Origin: Amphiscolops sp. MND2022
Lineage: Eukaryota
Assembly (NCBI GenBank): GCA_964187785.1
Contig: OZ076409.1
Span: forward strand, 91,638,001 to 91,702,000
Length of the DNA stretch: 64,000 bases
Direction of reading: 5' to 3'
Shown here: piece by piece, positions 1 through 12,327 of the stretch
Position numbering within the stretch: the stretch's first letter is position 1
Layout of the letters: each line of letters opens with the position of its first letter
The notes under the pieces: generated by a model
What the model was told of the DNA's origin: nothing
The model's input: only the letters and a program-made list of their open reading frames with translations
Database searches by the model: none
Made by a program: the position numbers and the translations under genes

Positions 1-3000
1 TAATTACATTTCGATCTACTGCCGATGTAGGCTTTCGATTGTAGATTGTTCATGCGTGATCAAGGCATGAGGTACTTTGAAGAGTCTTAACTGTAGTCTT
101 GATTTCATTCACATGAATGTTCAAATGAACTCTTAATGCAACAATGTGACTTCATGAAATTCAAAGCTATTGAATTGCTTCAAAATGTTTCTCAAGAGGA
201 TGTCTTGATGTCTCGTCGTAATCGAGACGTGTTGTTCGAATTTAACCAATTTTGGAACGCTATAAAATCGGAGAGTTCGAACAGTCCCGATGGGTTTGAT
301 CGTATTAATTGGCGTGTCTGATTGGCAGTGAAGGTTTGACGGAAGTATAATAGGGGCGGCACATCATTCAGGAATAGGTGCGGGGGGGGGGGGGGCATTA
401 CCAAATGACATATAGTCGATTATCTGACTTGAGAAAGGTACGATTACAAGACAAGTGAAACGGTTTTTTATCATCGAAGCGAAACTATCTGCTTGAACAA
501 CGTTCATAACTTGAATTTTGTGCGTAACTGACGAAGACATTTGGAATTCTTGGGCGAATCAAGAATATGAAAGTCAAATATGACAAGTTATTTCTTGGCT
601 TTTTCAATGCTCCGGAACACGTTGATTCTTTTTCGAACCCAATGAAACGTTTGCTTCAGCATGAAAAACATTTGTTAAAAAACTTCAAATCATTCTGCTT
701 TCGAAGACTTTGTTAAAAAAACTTCGAATCAGTCTGCTTTCGAAGACTGGTTTTTTATGCTTCTTCAGTTCTTAACTAATGAATAAAATGGTCATGAAAA
801 CTTGAATGTCGCAGTTAACCAATATGATGCGACTATTCCGAGTTGATCCTAACAGTTTAATGATTTAACTTGGTCTACTTTCACACAGAACACGAGGAAG
901 CGGCTTGCTTACTTTCACACAGACAAATATCCCTTCATTTCCTCACTGATATAAATCATCCACTAATATGAATCGCATGTTCCTTGCAACGCTTTCACCG
1001 TGTGTTGGCGCTCTGACTTCAAAAGCTACTAAGTTTATTCAAAAGTCAAAATATGGGCTAAACCATGCATCAAAATTAAGTAACGTAACTAACAAAACTT
1101 AGATGAAATTGATTTAAGTTACTGATTGTATGACACTGCCTTCCCCTTTCGGTCCGTTTTCGTCAAAAGGTCAGTTCTCGTCGAAAGCACCCTTAAAAAC
1201 AAAATTAGCGCGTCGTTTTTTGTTTCCAAAACTATATTTGTGATCGCGTTTAAAATTTGGCATTTTCACTTGAAGGAATTTTTCATTTCTACATCCGAGA
1301 CCATTTTTTCTTGCCCCAAAACGTCCAATTTCAAACCCATATTTTTCCTACCCTACTAATCTTTTTTTTAAACCGACATGAATATCCACTTTTTTGTGCG
1401 GAAGGCTTGACATTTCTTCATACGCCTGTTCTCACCTATTGAACTAGTAGAAAATTACGTTGAACAACAGAAAAGTATGTCCCCGTCCTAGTACTAAGCT
1501 GTTCAAACTACGCTTTAATCTAGTGAAAATGGCTATCATTATAGCGAAAAAAAGTTGAGCATTTAACTGAGTTCTGCCTTTTTCCAACGACCTAACTGGA
1601 AACTAAGTTTCCCAATGTTAGAATGACAAGAGGAGCAGTGGCACTACAATGTTTTCCGTATACTGTTTACAATAGTAAATTTTCGACGGTGATCTTTCAA
1701 GACCAAAAAAGGACTTTCTAAACAGGAAATATTACAAAAAAAACAGGAGATATTGCCTAAACTTTTGTTCGTAAAAAATTGCACAGTGCCGAAAAAAAAA
1801 CATGTTACCGTTTGGGCATTTATGGACGCACTTTGTTTGCCAGATGACTCGCGCTGTTACTCCAAGTCTTCAGCCCCAATGTATTTCATTCTCGTTGCAG
1901 CGAGGCAGCGCTTTCATTGATAAGAACGAATGGTAATTTTACGTACACCGAGAGCTTCGCCTGCATTGAAATACGAAAGCCAAGATAGTTTTTCCTTTAT
2001 CTTTCCCAGTATAAAAATTTCGGTTAGCGCGAAACTCGAACCCTCACTCCTGTTTCTCAGACCTTGTCGCAAGGCCTGGAAATCCGCGTTAACCTCCAGG
2101 CCAATTCATAGAAAGTGAAGTTGTAAAAATGAAGTGAAGTTGTAGCAGAAATTGGTGTCGGAAAAGACTTCAAAAAATTCCGCGGTTTTTTCGGTTATTG
2201 AAAAAAATATGTTTCAAATATTGCAATGCAGGATCTGGAAATATACCGAGATTTTTTTGCACTTCAAATTATTTCGTGCTACAGCATCTCTTCTGGAAGA
2301 AGTGACTTGAGGGCGCTTCACTCTCGACTTAGCTTTCCTCGATATCGCCCTTTCTATATTGTTAGTCTTCTCAATCCATCGAACAGTTTTATCCGAAAAA
2401 CCCCAACCTGAACTTGAACTTCAAAGAGAAATGGCCATTAAGAGGCGCATGGACACGGCAGCATTTTTGTAACCTTTTAAAAGCAGCTTTTAGGAAGACT
2501 TGAAATACCCCTCAGTGATTGCCAAAAAGTTGAAAGACTCTATAACTTAAACATCTGAACATCATTAGCCTGAAAACACCGACTTGGATCAATTTTACTT
2601 TTCCGGTATAGAAAACGAAGACGAGAACAACATTTTAACATCATGCTGTTTTGTTTTTGTTTTACTCATTTCATCTCAGTGTCAAAAACAAGCCGTGGAA
2701 ATCCTAATCTTGTGCCTAGCTCACCACTTAAAATGCGCAGAATACTACTTCAAAGCCTTAAGAACTGTTCTCTCAATCTCAGAGTGGAAACAACTATAAG
2801 GGACTCTTTGCTCTTGAAATAGCTTTTTCTATGTTACAAAATACTAAATTGTTATTTCCATGAAAATTTTCAAGTCGCACAGACCCGAAAAACTTTCTCG
2901 CTCAAAAATGTTTTTTTTTTCTCACTGAAGAAGCTAAGTGAAATGATACTGTTTCCGAAAAAAGTCCAGCAGTGCCGTAAAAAGAGGATCCTTTGAGCTT

Positions 3001-3903
3001 GAACGTTTTTTTCAGACTAGAAAAATCTAAACACCACAGACGGATTCTTTTGAGAGAAACGTCGCCGGCAATCAACAAACATATGGCTTCAAACCCGATG
3101 ACATATTAAAAAAGCTGGGACTGCCCCAAGTCGACTGGGAACACTAAATTTCTTAAATATGTAAAGGACACTATTGCCAATTTTTCAGAGTCGAAAAATA
3201 CTCCGTAGTTCATTTCAACAATTATTGAAAAAACTCTCATTGGTTCGACAGGACCAAAAATAATCAATGAGGTCACCCTTTGGTCTCCCCCTACTTTTAC
3301 AAACAAAAAATGTTTTGGTTTGGTGCGAGACTCGAACCCTCTAATTCCTGCTTCTCGGTGGACTTCGACACCAGGACAGGAAATCCGCGTTCACCACTGG
3401 GCCAACTTTGCCAAAATTGAAGAACTTGTTGAACTATTTTGGCTACTTGAGGTGTATCGAAAAAATACAAACAAGACGGGAACGTCTAAAGTCGGCGCTA
3501 TATCCAAGGCTCAAAAAGTGCAAAAGACTTTTTTTTGAAAAAAAACTTGAAATTTTCGAAAGAAAAATTTCTTTCGGAAAATGTCGCACAGTGCCGAAAA
3601 ATGTAAAAGGGGGAGGACCCTTTGGGTTTTATTAACATATATTCTGTTGCAAAATATCAAAAAACTCGAAAGGGGGACTCTTTTGAGACATTAAAAATAT
3701 TTCGAAAAAACGTCGCACAATGCCGAAAAAAAAATCGAAAGGGGGACCATTTAGTCTCGTCCAGTTTTGTAGGTTACGTTAGAGAGAGAGAGAGAGAAAA
3801 CACTGTATTATTGTATAGGGATAGCTGGTGCCAGTATACAATAAGTGTAGATTGATTTATGCTGAAGCATAAATGATTTTTTCAAGTTTTACAGGGCGAT
3901 AAA

Positions 3904-6900
3904 TCAGGTGAAGCGGAAATCACGCCAAGTATGAGATGTATGGATAGGCATACGACTACTTTCCAAAGTTAGATGCCTTCTGAGACGACTTTTGAATGTG
4001 TGTAGACTTATACTAGTGTCTCTTAAGTACAACGGAAGTGAGTTCCACTTCGAAGAAGAATGATGAAAGAAAGAAAAAAGAGATACATGACTTCCCACGT
4101 AAATTATCTGATTAGTGCGATCGTTCCACCTGAAAATCGCCGTAGGTAACTTTAAAGAGCTCTGGAAGGCTTTTTTAGTATTTTTGAGATATTGGAACAG
4201 AAATACTAGAGATTTCAAATCGATAAGTTGCTTTATTCCAATTATTTTCTTTTTTTTCTCTCAGATCACTCGACGATTTAAAGCTCGAACGGAAGTAGAC
4301 AGATTTTAATGCCCAGTTCATCTGTTTCTCAAGGGAAAGTAGCAAAGGAGGGGATATTTGAGTGAAAAAAATCGCAGAGTATTCGAAATGACTGATTATT
4401 AGCGCGTGGAAAAGCATGACTAAGACTGTGGTCGGAAATTTGTGTTGTATAGTTTCAATAGTTTTTATTCCAACTGCCATGTTTTTCAGAACCTTTTTTA
4501 CCTGGGTTTGGAAAGTCAAGTGTTGATCTAACGTTATTCCAAGATATTTACAATCACATTTCTTTTTGACAACTGAGGAGCACACGACAACTGTTTCGGA
4601 GTCTAGCTGTCTCTTGTCTTTTTTTCGGGAAAAAGTTATGAATTCTGTTTTACTACCATTCAAATTTAGTCGATGGGACTTAAAGTAACTTTCAAGTTTC
4701 AAAATATTTGTTTGCAAACATTGCAAAGCAATGTCAGGGTCCTGGTGACTACAAAAAAGCAAGCAATCATCGGCGTACTGGATATTGCGAGCATCCTCCG
4801 TTATCTGTCCAGTCAGGTCATTGACATATAGGTTAAAGAGCAGTGGTCCTAAAATAGTGCCCTGGGGAACGCCTTGTTTCAGTTCTATCCAATCCGATTT
4901 GACACCGTTCAATGAAACCTGCTGCAGTCTATCACTGAGGAAACTTTTTATAAAGTTGATGGCCGAAAATGAGAAACCAAGAGACTTGAGTTTAGACAAA
5001 AGGATTTCATGTGAAAGTGAGTCAAAGGCTTTTGATAAATCCAGCAAGACTGCATGAACTATCTTTCCATCCTGAATTTCCTGTTGAACCGATTCGGTGA
5101 AAAACAAAACAGCATCTTCTACTGATACTTTTTTCCTAAAACCAAATTGGAGTGGAGCGAGGAGATTTTTTTCTTCAATGTAAGCTGTAATTTGCCTATG
5201 AATACATTTTTCAAGGATTTTGGAGAACGTTGTTGTAATCGAGATGGGACGATAATTTTTGGGATCTAGAATGTCATCTTTTTTGAAGATGGGGGTTATA
5301 GTCGCTCTCTTTAACATCGTAGGAAATACACTTTCATAAATGCACTCATTCAATATGAATGTTAAGTGAGAAGTCAAAATTTGCTTTCCATCAATTATAG
5401 CCCAAGCGGGCACCTTACAAGGACCGGTAGGTTTGTTCGGTTTCAACTCATTGATGATATCGTAACAATCTTTCACTGTGATTGGACTAAAAGAGAACGA
5501 AGAATCACCGGGAAGGAAGGATGGAACTTCATCATTGATATTACCAAAATATTGACCAAGGTTCGAAAATATCAGGTTGAAATGATCGGCCATTTCCTTG
5601 TCATCAACTATCATTTTACCGAATGAATTTCTCACTGCTGCAAGATTGACCGACTTTTTATTTTGCCCTCGGGCGGAATTTATGAAATTCCATCTTTCCT
5701 TAGCGGTGCACAGAGAAGAAAAACAGCTCCAGGCAAATTTCTCTTGCTTTTCTTTTAGTACCTTAGAAAGTTGATTTCTAAGTTTTGAGTACGTGGACCA
5801 AGTTTGAGCAGAGGTATTATTACAGTATTCGTGGTAAGCTGCTTGGCGTGCCTGGGTTAAGGTTTTGCACTTGCTGTCATACCAGGATTCTTTGAAAAGT
5901 TTAGGGGTCCTTTTTCGGAGAAAAATTTTTTGACGGGTGCATGCTTTTCCACAACACTAACTAACATATAGACAAACAGATTGAACATATCAGTAGCATT
6001 CGAACAATTATAGATTCTAAACCATGGGATATTTGATAGTGACAGACAGAAAGCGTCTTTTTGGTATGTACTCAAATCGAACTTTTGCAAGATTGTGCAC
6101 TTCTGTTTTTCAGCGAAAACGTTTGTGAAAACTACTGAGCCAAAATGATCTGTTTTAAAAGGACTATTGAAAACAAAGCATTTACCGTCTAAGATGTTTT
6201 CAGCTATTATATAGTCAATGTGTGTTTTTGTAGTTTTACAGACACGCGTAGGTAAATTTGGGCTAGCTACGGAGAACCCATATGGTAATATGACAGTTTC
6301 TAGGTTTTCCCGTTCAAGTGGGGTGAGGTAGTCTAAATTGTAATCGCCCATCATTGTGATGTTTGCAGTTTCGCACGTGGAGTTGTCTATATTTGTTTCT
6401 AATTGTTCAAGAAAATCATCTTGAAATTGTTTCATAGGATTATAAGTTACGTTAATCAACATGGTTTTCTTGCAATTTTTTGAGAAATCATTCCTACATT
6501 CTACCCAGATGGAGTCGAACTTAGTTTTATCAAAAAGGTTGAGATCTTTTCGTTCCCTCGGAGCAAGTTTCAAAGGTACAAAGAGCATTACACCACCACC
6601 TTTTTTTTCGAATTTGCAGAACTTCGGTCACATCTGAAAAGCTCGTGGGTGTTTGAAGCTACATTCCAAAAAACCATGTCATCACTAGGAGTTAACCAAC
6701 TTTCTGAGATACCCACAATTGCGTTCGTTCCCATGTCGTTCACAAAAGATTTCAACTGAGTATGTTTTTTAGATACATCTTGAAAGTTCATGTGGACTAT
6801 GCGTAAATTTTGTTTATTTTTGTCGGACAACTTGGAAAAATTATCATAGCTAATTTCAGGACCTGGATTTTGCTCAATATCTCCGCATAATTTCAAAAGG

Positions 6901-6956
6901 GCTCTAGCGAATGTTAGAAAATCGAATGAACAAAATGCATCAGATATCCCAAGGTT
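3904..6956 (-). CDS. LINE ORF2: 2A-like peptide, AP endonuclease and reverse transcriptase (3 homopolymer frameshifts)
   Basis: Motifs GDIEQNPGP; ISESW, MGDYN, HIDY, TDH (APE); NYRPIS, QFGFR, DLSKAFD, GVPQGTILGP, YADD, KYLG (RT). Frame breaks occur only in runs at ~6601-6608, ~5921-5925 and ~4250-4257. Confidence 0.9.
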
Positions 6957-7682
6957 TCATATAAGTTTTTTAACACTTTTACATGCACTGGCAAGGAGCT
7001 CTTTATCCCATTTTTGCAGTTTATAAAGGTTTTCAAATACGAGTTTTTCATTATCTTGCATAAAGACAATTATTTTTTCATTAACAGTATGCACTCTAGC
7101 AACATCATCCCGTTTCCTCAATTCACCAGTTATTTTAGCTCTGATTGGGGTAAGATCATCATTCACAAAAATGTTGGTATTTTTGAGATTGCGCTTGTTT
7201 TTCATTAGCTGATGTTTCGTGTCACGTCTCACAAATTTGGCTATCAGAGGTTTGGGGCCAGACCCTCCGCCAGGTAAACGGTGGCAGGTACTTACGTCAT
7301 TGGCAGTAATTTGGACACCGGCCTTTTCAGCAACACTAACCACCTTCGCATAAACGTCCTCGCCTGGCTCTTCTTGCACTCCGAAAATGCGCACATTCTC
7401 CCTTCGCCCATACTGCTCTATGCTGTCAGCCTCGATGATTGGCGCCAGGTCCTCCGTGGTACACCGACTGGCTTTGTTCAGCTCCTCAAATGCACAAAAT
7501 CCACACAGGAAAGGCCTCGCGAAGAAATTCTTGGGAATTTGTGTGGGTACCCATACATTTGTCCAGATGACACTTCCATTCCCATCCACACCAGGTCCAG
7601 TGCATTCAATCAGATGGTTGCTACCTTCTTCCTTTTTGCCCTGATTGATGGAGGATGTTGATGGGTTTCGCGCAGACGGCAT
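6957..7682 (-). CDS. LINE ORF1 protein (L1-like RRM type, Cys-containing N-terminus), 241 aa
   Basis: Intact ORF with EQYGRRENVRIFGV, CHRL, PLIAKF and IFVNDDLT motifs typical of LINE ORF1p. Confidence 0.88.
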   Translation of the reverse strand: MPSARNPSTSSINQGKKEEGSNHLIECTGPGVDGNGSVIWTNVWVPTQIPKNFFARPFLCGFCAFEELNKASRCTTEDLAPIIEADSIEQYGRRENVRIFGVQEEPGEDVYAKVVSVAEKAGVQITANDVSTCHRLPGGGSGPKPLIAKFVRRDTKHQLMKNKRNLKNTNIFVNDDLTPIRAKITGELRKRDDVARVHTVNEKIIVFMQDNEKLVFENLYKLQKWDKELLASACKSVKKLI

Positions 7683-8567
7683 TTCGTCGGGCCTTCTCTT
7701 TTATCAGTTAATCTGAAAAGACTTATTAAACAGCCGCAGCTATTTAATAAGTTTATCACAACAATTAGGCTAAAAAGTTAAAATAGTAAAAAATGAAAGA
7801 GGGACCCTTTTGCACTAATTTCCGCTGACCGGACTTGGCTTTATTGTAGTAGTTTTAGTAGTTTCGATTGTAAGAAAAGTGGCCCAATCAGAGTGAGATT
7901 GTAGTCTGACGAAAAAAACTAGCCACTGTAAGAGTCGGGCACTTTTCACTAGAAAAGCGCCGACTAAAAACTGACGAAAAGCCATGACTATAGGCAACTC
8001 TCTTCCAAAGAAATGCGCCGACTAGAAATGGAAGGAGGGACACCTCGGCTGATTTTTGGCATTTGTCACTTAAGTTCAATTGAAGCCCATTTTACATTCG
8101 CGTTTTATTCCATCATTTATTCTAATTACATTTCTAAATCTTAGCATCAACTCTTACGTTCCAGCAGCTCATGCGTGTCTTGAAAATTCGAGTTTTCAGT
8201 CTAACATTTGGGATAAAACAGCATGGAATACCAAAAAGTGTTGCAAAGTATGCTAAAAAGTGTTGCATGTCGTTATTTTCTGAGTTTTGTGACGAAAGTT
8301 GTTCGTTTGGTTCCGGAATAAATTCAGCAAATGTCCGTGTTAGTTGACTGTGTTAGTTGTGCAGATTGTTAGTCTGGTTAAGAATCAATGTCCCGTTACT
8401 CAAGGAAGTCGTGTCAAATTTAACCCAGGAGTGTTTCTTTCTATCTTCACACGGTGCTTTAGACGGAAAACTCAAATTACAGTAGCAGCTTTTGCAAAGA
8501 GCACTAGGATTAAGTCTCTATAAATCTATAACTTTCTTTTTCGTTGTCGCTCCATTTCACTTGCCGC

Positions 8568-8648
8568 TTGGCCTAATGGTTAGCGCTGGTGTCTGTGCAT
8601 AGCGACAATGGCTGGGAAGCAGAGTTCGTTGGTTCGAATCGAAACCCG
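8568..8648 (+). repeat. tRNA-derived (Pol III A/B box) segment in a repeat
   Basis: tggcctaatggttagcg (A-box-like) and ggttcgaatcg (B-box-like); no convincing cloverleaf. Confidence 0.45.
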
Positions 8649-10461
8649 TGCTGTTCTTTTTTCGGTTTTTCAGGACTCAAGAAACACTTATGGAAAAAAA
8701 AACGTTTTTCGAGGCTCAAAAGTCTCTTGGGTATTTTTGTCGCAATGAGGTTGACGAAAGTTTTGCAATAATTTTCCGGGAGCATATCAAAAAAACTGCT
8801 GCTTTTGGTCTTAAAAGAGGGGCCGTTCCTGTGTTTTTACTCTGATACCGCATTGATGACGTATTTTTGTTCAAGTTGTGACTGCTTAAGGTTTTATGAG
8901 GTAAATTTAGTCGGCTCTTCATTGAAAAACTAGCGACTATTGTAGTGGCTTCTCGTCGATCTTTTTCTCAATCCACACGAACTGATCAAAATATTCCTTC
9001 AAAAGTTCTACAAAATCTTTAAATATACCATTTGGCCTAGCGAATTGAACTATATTTTACTTTTTTCTGATATAATCAAAACATTGCGCTATATCTGAAC
9101 TAGTATTCCTTAGTATTGCGTTTTACTAAGGAGGGGGAGAATTTGAAAAAAAGCGCTCCTATTTGTCTCAGCACGCTATATCCGAACTTTCGACGTTATA
9201 TCCGAAGTAAGTTTAAACTTTAGGCCCAAAGACCCCAACTTTGGGTTTTCCTGGTAACTTTTTAAATTCACACTGCCAGGAAGAGTCATGGAAGGAATTT
9301 TTGTTGATCATTCAGATTGCTGAGCTCAAGCATCAAAATTCAGTTTGTTTTTTCAAAATTTTGAAAAGACAAGAAAAAACCGAAAGTGTTCGACTGAATA
9401 TTGATTCGTTACCAACTCACATCAAAGACTATCCAGTCTTGTAATTTAACAACTGATGAATGGAACTCCCCATATTTGGCCGCCGCTTCATCTGGTGATA
9501 TCACACTTGTGCGTCACCAACGTCAAAAATTAATAAATTGAACTTGAATTTAATTCATTCAGCCGTTTTTCTATTTTTGGTATTCTTGAGTCGGTCTCCA
9601 GTTTAGCACGTTTTTAACTGAATACTTGAATCAATATCTCAGTATTTGAAACTGAAAACTTGTAGAAGGAACTATCAGCTTTTCTGTGGGTTCGTTTTCC
9701 GTGAAATCACTGCCTATTACTTCCTCACATTCCACTTCATTTTTTGTTCGAATTGTTACTCTTGAATCTAACAAGAACCATATAGTCGGCAACAATCTCT
9801 CAAGGTTGAGAAACTTTTGAGCAAATCCTAATATTAAATCTTTTAAAAATCTTTTAAAAGTTTCCTAAACATTTTCTAAAAAACCGTCTAAAGCTGTTTG
9901 CCATCCCTGAATGATCATAAATTAACTACATATACTATGCAAAGTCTACTCATTGAAGCTACAAGTGTTTTGGTTGATGTTGGGATTTCACATGGATTTT
10001 CACCAATTTGAAGCTCTATTCGATTGTGTATTGAAGTGCATTACTTAAGACGTCATTAAAGTGGTAGCATATGGAGATTGCCAAATCAACTCACTATCTA
10101 TTGGATTTTATTTTTCCATGCACAGTAGAACTATCAACACGTGAAATCTCTCCATGTTCACAAAAAATCCATGAACTAAATCCAAATTTCACTGCTTTCG
10201 CATTAAAACGCTGGAGTAAACGCCAGCCATACAAAAGAAAGTGAAAAAAGTTGAGGCTTCCATTGTTCAAAAACTCCCAACTAAACTTCTGATGTACGTA
10301 ATAGAAACCTAGATTCACAACTTATGCACAATAGTTTGAAACAAAAAAAAACACATTGAATTTTGGTGTGACAGGTTTTAGCACTGTTTCATTTTGAAAC
10401 AAAGAATCGTCGGCTGTTTATTTGACAAAATTGGGACAAAACCGGATTGTTCAGATACAAC

Positions 10462-10656
10462 ATGAACACAACCAACTCTTCTCTGTTGGCCCTTTCCTCT
10501 GATTACGACGATTACCATATTTCGCCCGTCGTGAAGGTCGCCGACAATTTAGTCGCAGCGTCCGGTCTTTTCTTTATTATTCCCGCCATTAACGCCTACA
10601 AGAAACAACTTTTTCTGGAATGCTGGATGTTTATGTGCTTCGTCCCTATCAACATT
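10462..10656 (+). CDS. TMEM8/myomaker-like membrane protein, coding exon 1
   Basis: ATG at 10462; MNTTNSS...ASGLFFIIPAINAYKKQLFLECWMFMCFVPINI; GTAAGT donor at 10657 (phase 0). Resembles TM1-TM2 of TMEM8/myomaker. Confidence 0.7.
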
Positions 10657-12327
10657 GTAAGTTGCGAATCTTTCTCTTGAAAAGATCATTACAACTTTAG
10701 AATCAACGAGACGGATCGGCCCGCTTAAGGCTCAAAAGGGCAAGGTTTTCTGAATATGTTCAGAAACTGTTGTTAAGAAAACACTCAAGAATCTCACAAA
10801 TCACACAACAAAAACTTCTCAAAGGAGACCCTTAAAACTCGAAAGAAAAAGATTTTTCCTCACATTGCACCCCAAAAACTGGACGCTTGAGTAATACAGC
10901 CTGGTCATTGGTATTTTGGGCCCATGTTTCAATATTGAAAACAAAAACTATGAACTGAGCCGCATTTTTCAACTTTTTTTGACATGTTAGAATTCTACAG
11001 CCAAATTATAGGGATTCTTTCACGAATTCAACCGCAATGAAATTAGGTTTGTAACTTGTATAGGCCGAGATTATTGAACTTTTTTAATTAGGAAAAGTCT
11101 TGAAAGCGCCTTGAAATTACCCCCCAAAACACCCCGTATTTGGCAAAATTTACCTACTTTTGACTCTTGTTATATTTGTACATTTGTTGATTTTTTACAA
11201 GAGAAGGAAACAACAATTTGTTGTGTACACAGAGTTCTACAGAGTTCAAACACAAAATTATTACAAACACATTGTAGTTACTAATTAGTCAGAAAAACTT
11301 TTCAGTATCTGGTGGTTTACAACGCCTCTGAAAACAAAGAGTTCAAAGACCTTCAACATTTACATTTGACGGAAACTTCGAATCAATTTAAATAAACTTT
11401 TAGGAATGGAAAATCAGTGTTCAACGAAACATTATCCGAAACTGGTTGAACATTTTTTGAAGTTTCTAAAAACCACCGAGATCATTCACAAAACGATAAA
11501 CCACGTTGGGAGCTCTTGTTCGCAAAACTTTGAAGTTTCTCAAAGCAATGTGTCTAATAGAACCAAAAAACGTTAAAAGTTTCATTTTTGACGGCTTTTT
11601 TGCGACTTCTGTGAGTTTTTGAAGTTGTTTTGGATTTAGTTATTCACGGAGTTCGGAAGCAAAACAAGTAGAATTCAGAGCACACTTGCTAAAATAAAAC
11701 AATGATTTTTAAAAATAAAAGTTGAAAATGAATATAAAAATGTCAAAACGTTGCCATTATCAGTGCCTATCAGGTTAGAACCTCTCTCAACTCAGCATTG
11801 TTGGGCTGTAAATAACTCCTTCTTCACTGATCATGACAGAAAAATGCATTTAGCGAAGAAAACGAAAGCAAAGAGCAGTGAGACATTGTAACGTTTAGCA
11901 AGTCTTTTCAAAATCTCAGCATAATCAGTTCCATTGTTGCTTCCCACTGGTTTGCAAATAGAGTACCTTAATATGCTATGGAGAGTCTTTGGAAAAAGCA
12001 CTAATTCAGGGACTCAGAACTCTTCGTTTTCCTTGTTCTTTCGAAAGCTCCCTGTTACTTGTTTTTAAGTTCAGGACACTTCGAGGCCTTTTGTATCAGC
12101 AACAGATCGTATAGCTACATAGCAAACAAAGGTTTTTTCGAAGACAAAAAGTAAACGAATTGAAAAGTACCAAAAATGTCCATTTTCATTTTTTTGCAAG
12201 TTCGTAGATTATTAGCTATGCACAAGCCCTAAGATCATGTCTTCGCTGAAATAGTTTGCGTCGGAAAGTTTTCTGGTCAACAGGCATCTTGTTTGTAGTA
12301 AGTTTTTTCAACAATAAAGCTTCTTTA

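Larger units (their letters stand above)
3782..7776 (-). mobile_element. Full-length non-LTR retrotransposon (LINE, CR1/L2/Crack group)
   Basis: Contains ORF1 plus an APE-RT ORF2 and a 3' (TC)n tail at ~3782-3796. Flanked by GTTA at 3778-3781 and 7777-7780; removing it restores the HINE sequence ggttacgttaaaa.agtaaaaaatgaaa seen uninterrupted (reverse) near 20575-20605. Confidence 0.9.
3469..8025 (-). mobile_element. Helentron-type non-autonomous element (HINE family 3), split by the LINE
   Basis: 3' end gcgccgact + gacg-ttcc-cgtc hairpin + ttgtt at ~3469-3498 (reverse); 5' agtcggcgc...gcccgact hairpin at ~7935-7968 (reverse); internal cgcacagtgccgaaaaa and ggggaccct motifs shared with other copies. 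Confidence 0.6.
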
